DNA from: a bacterium
Lineage (GTDB): Bacteria; Verrucomicrobiota; Kiritimatiellia; SPBP01
Length of the DNA stretch: 60,169 nt
Direction of reading: 5' to 3'
Assembly: GCA_037134535.1 (NCBI GenBank)
Contig: JBAXMA010000001.1
Span: 1-60,169, forward strand
Under the pieces are notes generated by a model. It was not told the DNA's origin, did no database searches, and saw only the letters and a list, made by a program, of their open reading frames with translations. Within the stretch, counting starts at the first letter, position 1, and the number at the start of each line of letters is the position of its first letter. The position numbers and the translations under genes are program-made. Positions 56,804-60,169 of the stretch are shown one piece after another.

Positions 56804-58738
56804 ATGTTAACAATATCAAATATGTCCAAGTGTTTCGGCGAGCGAATCCTCTTCGAAGATGTGGCGATGCAGATCAATCGCGGCGACCGTGCGGCCCTAG
56901 TCGGCCCTAACGGCGCGGGCAAATCCACTCTCTTCTCCCTTCTCCTCGGTACCGACTCGCCTACCACCGGAGAGATGATGATGGAGCGCGGGGCGACGGT
57001 CGGGCATTTACCTCAGGAAACCGCACCGATCGGCGATGAGACAGTCCTGCAACTGGCCACTGCAATCACGCCGCAGGTCGCGGAGCTTCAACGCCGGATC
57101 AAAGCGTTCGATGCCGGCCACGACACTGACTCGCACGATTTCTACGAGGTACAGGCTGAGTTCGATGCGCTTGGCGGACACCGGTTTGAGTCAAAGGCGA
57201 AGACCATTCTGCACGGGCTGGCATTCCGAGAGCGTGATTTTGACCGGCAGCTCAAGACCATGAGCGGCGGCTGGGTGATGCGGGCACATCTAGCTCGGTT
57301 ACTCGTCCAGCAACCAGACCTGCTGATGCTGGATGAGCCCACCAATCATCTCGATCTGGAGGCCCTGTGGTGGTTCCAGGAGTACCTTCAATCCTATCAG
57401 GGCGCAATCCTGCTGATCTCGCACGATCGCGATTTCCTTAATGCACTCGTCGGCACCATTTACGAAATCCGTCAACGGAAGCTCCGTCGCTATCGCGGCA
57501 ACTACGACGAATACGTCGTTCAACGCGACGCCCAGGGCGAGCAGCATATGGCCGCCTACAAGAACCAGCAGAAGATTATCAATCAACTGGAGGCATTCGC
57601 CACCCGCTTCAAGGCCAAGGCCAGCAAGGCAGCACAGGCACAGGCAAAACTCAAGCAGATCGAGCGCATGGATATAATAGAAGAGCCGGAACATGTAAGC
57701 CGGAGCATAAAGATCCGTTTCCCACAGCCTGTCCGGAGCGGCCGGGTGGTCATCAAACTCAAAAACGTCCGCCAGGCATATGGCGAGACGGTTGTTTACA
57801 ATGATCTGAACATCGAGGTCGAACGTGGCCAGCGTATTGTGCTCGTCGGCCCCAACGGCGCCGGTAAATCCACACTTAACAAGATCCTGGCCGGCATTCT
57901 GCCGATACAGTCCGGCGTCCGCGAACTCGGCCTGCATGCAAAGGTCGGTTACTACGCCCAGTACCGCATTGACATGCTCGATCCCAAGCGCACCGTCCTC
58001 GAGGAAGCCACAAGCATGGCCAGGCCGCCGCCGGAGGAATTTGTCCGTACTGTCCTCGGTTCATTCCTGTTCACAGGTGACGACGTATTCAAACGCGTAT
58101 CAGTGCTCAGCGGCGGCGAGAAAAGCCGGCTTGCGCTCGTGAAACTCCTGCTTGATCCGCCCAATGTCCTCCTGATGGACGAGCCGACAACGCATCTGGA
58201 CATGGCCAGCATTGAGGCTCTCATCAGCGCGCTGGACTGCTACGAAGGGACGCTCGTCTTCATCAGTCACGACGTCTATTTCATCCGCAAGCTCGCAAAG
58301 CTGGTCCTGCACGTGAGTTCAGGCAAACTTCACCTGTATCACGGCGACTACCAATACTACCTGGAAAAGTCCGGCGCAACATCGGCACGTGCCGCACTAT
58401 CCACCGATGCAACACCCGCTGCCACCAAATCAGTTCCGGCCGCCGACCGCCCATCCGTACTGGCCAAGGAGCAGAAGCGTAATGAGGCCGAAGCCCGTAA
58501 CGCAAAGTTCCGCGAACGCCGCACCCTTCAGAAAGCCGTTGATACTCTGGAAAAAGAGGTCGCACGCCTCGAGGCACTGCAGAAAGCGCAGACTGCCGCG
58601 CTGGAGGATCCCGATATCTACAAGGACACCGGTCGCGCCGTGTCTCTCAACCGCGATCTCACCCACACGGTCGACGCCCTCGCCAAAGCCAACTCTGACT
58701 GGGAAAAAGCAGCTACACGACTGCGATCGACGGAGTGA
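56804..58738 (+). CDS. ABC-F family ATPase (two ABC domains, linker, C-terminal coiled coil; Uup/YheS-like)
   Basis: Walker A GPNGAGKST x2, signatures LSGGW and LSGGEKSRL, an inter-domain linker rich in K/A/Q, and no TM segments. The alternative ATG is at 56789. Confidence 0.9.
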   Translation: MLTISNMSKCFGERILFEDVAMQINRGDRAALVGPNGAGKSTLFSLLLGTDSPTTGEMMMERGATVGHLPQETAPIGDETVLQLATAITPQVAELQRRIKAFDAGHDTDSHDFYEVQAEFDALGGHRFESKAKTILHGLAFRERDFDRQLKTMSGGWVMRAHLARLLVQQPDLLMLDEPTNHLDLEALWWFQEYLQSYQGAILLISHDRDFLNALVGTIYEIRQRKLRRYRGNYDEYVVQRDAQGEQHMAAYKNQQKIINQLEAFATRFKAKASKAAQAQAKLKQIERMDIIEEPEHVSRSIKIRFPQPVRSGRVVIKLKNVRQAYGETVVYNDLNIEVERGQRIVLVGPNGAGKSTLNKILAGILPIQSGVRELGLHAKVGYYAQYRIDMLDPKRTVLEEATSMARPPPEEFVRTVLGSFLFTGDDVFKRVSVLSGGEKSRLALVKLLLDPPNVLLMDEPTTHLDMASIEALISALDCYEGTLVFISHDVYFIRKLAKLVLHVSSGKLHLYHGDYQYYLEKSGATSARAALSTDATPAATKSVPAADRPSVLAKEQKRNEAEARNAKFRERRTLQKAVDTLEKEVARLEALQKAQTAALEDPDIYKDTGRAVSLNRDLTHTVDALAKANSDWEKAATRLRSTE

Positions 58739-58766
58739 GAGAGATGAGCCTCTAAAGCCTTTGTGG

Positions 58767-60169
58767 TCACTGTAGCCAGACCTTACTCCGGTAGAAAATG
58801 TGTGGGCCCAGAAGATTGGTATGCGTTATGGTTTTTCCAGCCCCAATAATATTCGTACGATCTGGCACCAGCTGCCACGGCCCTAGCAGCAGGTTCGTGC
58901 TCTGTTCTAAGTCGTAACGCCGTACCAGACCCTCGTAGCCTGGCCCGACAGCCTCCATACCGTCAAACTGCACGAGGACTGCGCCATTAGTGACATACAG
59001 CCTGAGTTTGAAGCAGCTTTCCTGATTTGTGGCCACCGTGCCAGCCGTATATTCGTCGTGGTCGGATAAACCGTCGCTGTCCCAGTCCTGGTCGAGTCTT
59101 CCACTTGAGACATTGGTGTTGCCAAAAGCACGGTGCTCCCAGGCATCGGGAAGGCCATCTCCATCCGTATCAACATTCAGCATCTCGATAGTCCGGCTTG
59201 GAACCGCCCAGAAGTTAGTCACCGCATTGGAGACTGAGAACGCGTAGAAGTATTGCGATCCCAACGCCAACCCTGTGGCCGCATAGCTAATGGCTCCATC
59301 GTAGCTATGAAAGGTGCCCACAAACGCGTTAGTTTCCCAATTCTCCGGCACAGTCAACCCGTTCGTGCGGCCCCAGTGGGCGTAAACATTGACGCTGTAG
59401 CCCTTTGCTGCCAGCATTCCATTCAACATTGCCGAGTTAGCCGACATATTGGTGCCGGGTGTATTGCTGATGCTGAGGACCGCCGGTAGTGCACCACTTG
59501 CATAGCGCCACAGACCAGGCTGACTGGTCGGATTCACCCACGCTTCACTGCCACCAGGAGGCGTATATTTGAACCAGAGGTTCTCACCGCCACCAAATTC
59601 CTGCATGAAGAATATGAAGTTGTAGCCTTGCCCGGCCGTCAAGTTCTTGCTGCCGCTGGCATTCCCTGCGTATGACCCTACCCGGTCGCTGTTGCTAAAC
59701 ACGCCGTCATCGGCCATGTCCATAAACATCAGCCCCCTGTCGTCCTGACTCCAGTGGAAATTGTAGCTGCCGCTGACAGCTGGAAAGAACCGGCCGCTCA
59801 AGGCCGCCACGAAATGTTCGCCATCGCCGGGGACGCCTCCGAACTCGCCAAAGCCGCTTGCCTCACCATGAAGAATGATGTTCTTGCCGGCCACTTCAGT
59901 CATTGTGAGGATAGTGTTGATCTTGTCGCCGGCAAATACACGCGTGGACATGTTCGTATAATGCGCATCGTCCAGGTTCACCGGAGTTTCATTGTCCTCT
60001 GTTGGACGGAACATTGATCCGCGCAGGCCGTCCTCATAGGTTAAACTGCCCGGCGGTACAGGCATTGCAAAATTCGTGGACGAGAAGGCCCACGCCGTGC
60101 CAGCAGTATTTGAGGCAAAGCAGACATAGTAGTAATTAGAGAAGCCGCAACCTTCTCTAATTACTACTA
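58767..60169 (-). CDS. secreted PA14-like domain protein with DxDxDG repeats and C-terminal beta-sandwich (5' end runs off the window)
   Basis: PA14-like GSYNFHWSQDDRGLMFMD...GQGYNFIFFMQEFGGGENLWFKY. DTDGDGLPDAWE and DWDSDGLSDHDEYTAGT. The frame stays open from ATG 60065 to 60169 (..VVIREGCGFSNYYYVCFASNTAGTAWAFSSTNFA-M..). Confidence 0.75.
   Translation of the reverse strand, partial: VVIREGCGFSNYYYVCFASNTAGTAWAFSSTNFAMPVPPGSLTYEDGLRGSMFRPTEDNETPVNLDDAHYTNMSTRVFAGDKINTILTMTEVAGKNIILHGEASGFGEFGGVPGDGEHFVAALSGRFFPAVSGSYNFHWSQDDRGLMFMDMADDGVFSNSDRVGSYAGNASGSKNLTAGQGYNFIFFMQEFGGGENLWFKYTPPGGSEAWVNPTSQPGLWRYASGALPAVLSISNTPGTNMSANSAMLNGMLAAKGYSVNVYAHWGRTNGLTVPENWETNAFVGTFHSYDGAISYAATGLALGSQYFYAFSVSNAVTNFWAVPSRTIEMLNVDTDGDGLPDAWEHRAFGNTNVSSGRLDQDWDSDGLSDHDEYTAGTVATNQESCFKLRLYVTNGAVLVQFDGMEAVGPGYEGLVRRYDLEQSTNLLLGPWQLVPDRTNIIGAGKTITHTNLLGPHIFYRSKVWLQ
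60127..60169. repeat. perfect 18-bp inverted repeat (7-nt spacer) ending exactly at the window edge
   Basis: TAGTAGTAATTAGAGAAG (60127-60144), CCGCAAC, CTTCTCTAATTACTACTA (60152-60169). Confidence 0.95.

Noticed and set aside
56557-56967. 136-aa minus-strand ORF in the recA/ABC-F spacer
   Set aside because: It overlaps the conserved Walker-A-encoding start of the ABC-F gene in antisense and is Arg/Pro-rich, so it is probably spurious.
57299-57937. 212-aa minus-strand ORF
   Set aside because: It lies antisense within the ABC-F coding region and is a shadow ORF.
1-60169. Whole-window scan for CRISPR arrays, transposases/integrases, prophage genes, toxin-antitoxin pairs, rRNA and known defence operons
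   Set aside because: None was seen. The only repeats are the short intergenic ones reported. The WYL regulator has no adjacent defence genes.

Overview
Bacterial chromosomal window of about 52-53% GC by eye, mostly core housekeeping genes.

Translation/transcription cluster (1906-34541, minus strand). Order: tRNA-Thr, tuf, rpmG, tRNA-Trp, secE, nusG, rplKAJL, rpoBC, rpsLG, fusA, then the S10, spc and alpha operons. It ends in an orphan gspF/pilC-like gene 20 nt after rplQ. Three genes usual for this cluster are missing from their usual slots: infA, rpmD and a tuf copy after fusA. Two small genes absent from the ORF track were read by hand: rpmJ at 6311-6424 and rpmG at 32961-33113.

Rest of the window (34.8-60.2 kb):
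- DUF1844 protein, small outer-membrane beta-barrel, and a WYL-regulator/clpS pair
- tRNA-Leu, a tandem NDK-fold protein, and an MscS-like channel with a ParB-like C-terminal domain
- xth, dapF, prc, and a three-gene oxidoreductase/TIM-barrel cluster
- the conserved surA-pdxA-rsmA string
- YacP-like NYN protein, a lipoprotein, two hypothetical proteins, a short alaS, recA and an ABC-F ATPase
- large secreted proteins at both window edges that share a DxDxDG plus beta-sandwich C-terminal module

No CRISPR array, transposase, integrase, rRNA or recognisable defence operon was seen.

Most unusual observations:
1. A secreted coiled-coil/beta-barrel ORF sits between rpsS and rplV inside the S10 operon.
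2. The MscS-ParB-like fusion lies divergent from the tandem NDK-fold gene, with two sets of direct repeats in the spacer.
3. A WYL regulator is paired with clpS, and no clpA follows.
4. An 18-bp perfect inverted repeat ends exactly at the window edge, inside an open reading frame; this is probably an assembly artefact.

The lineage guess (PVC-like) rests only on recalled motif style and is unverified.
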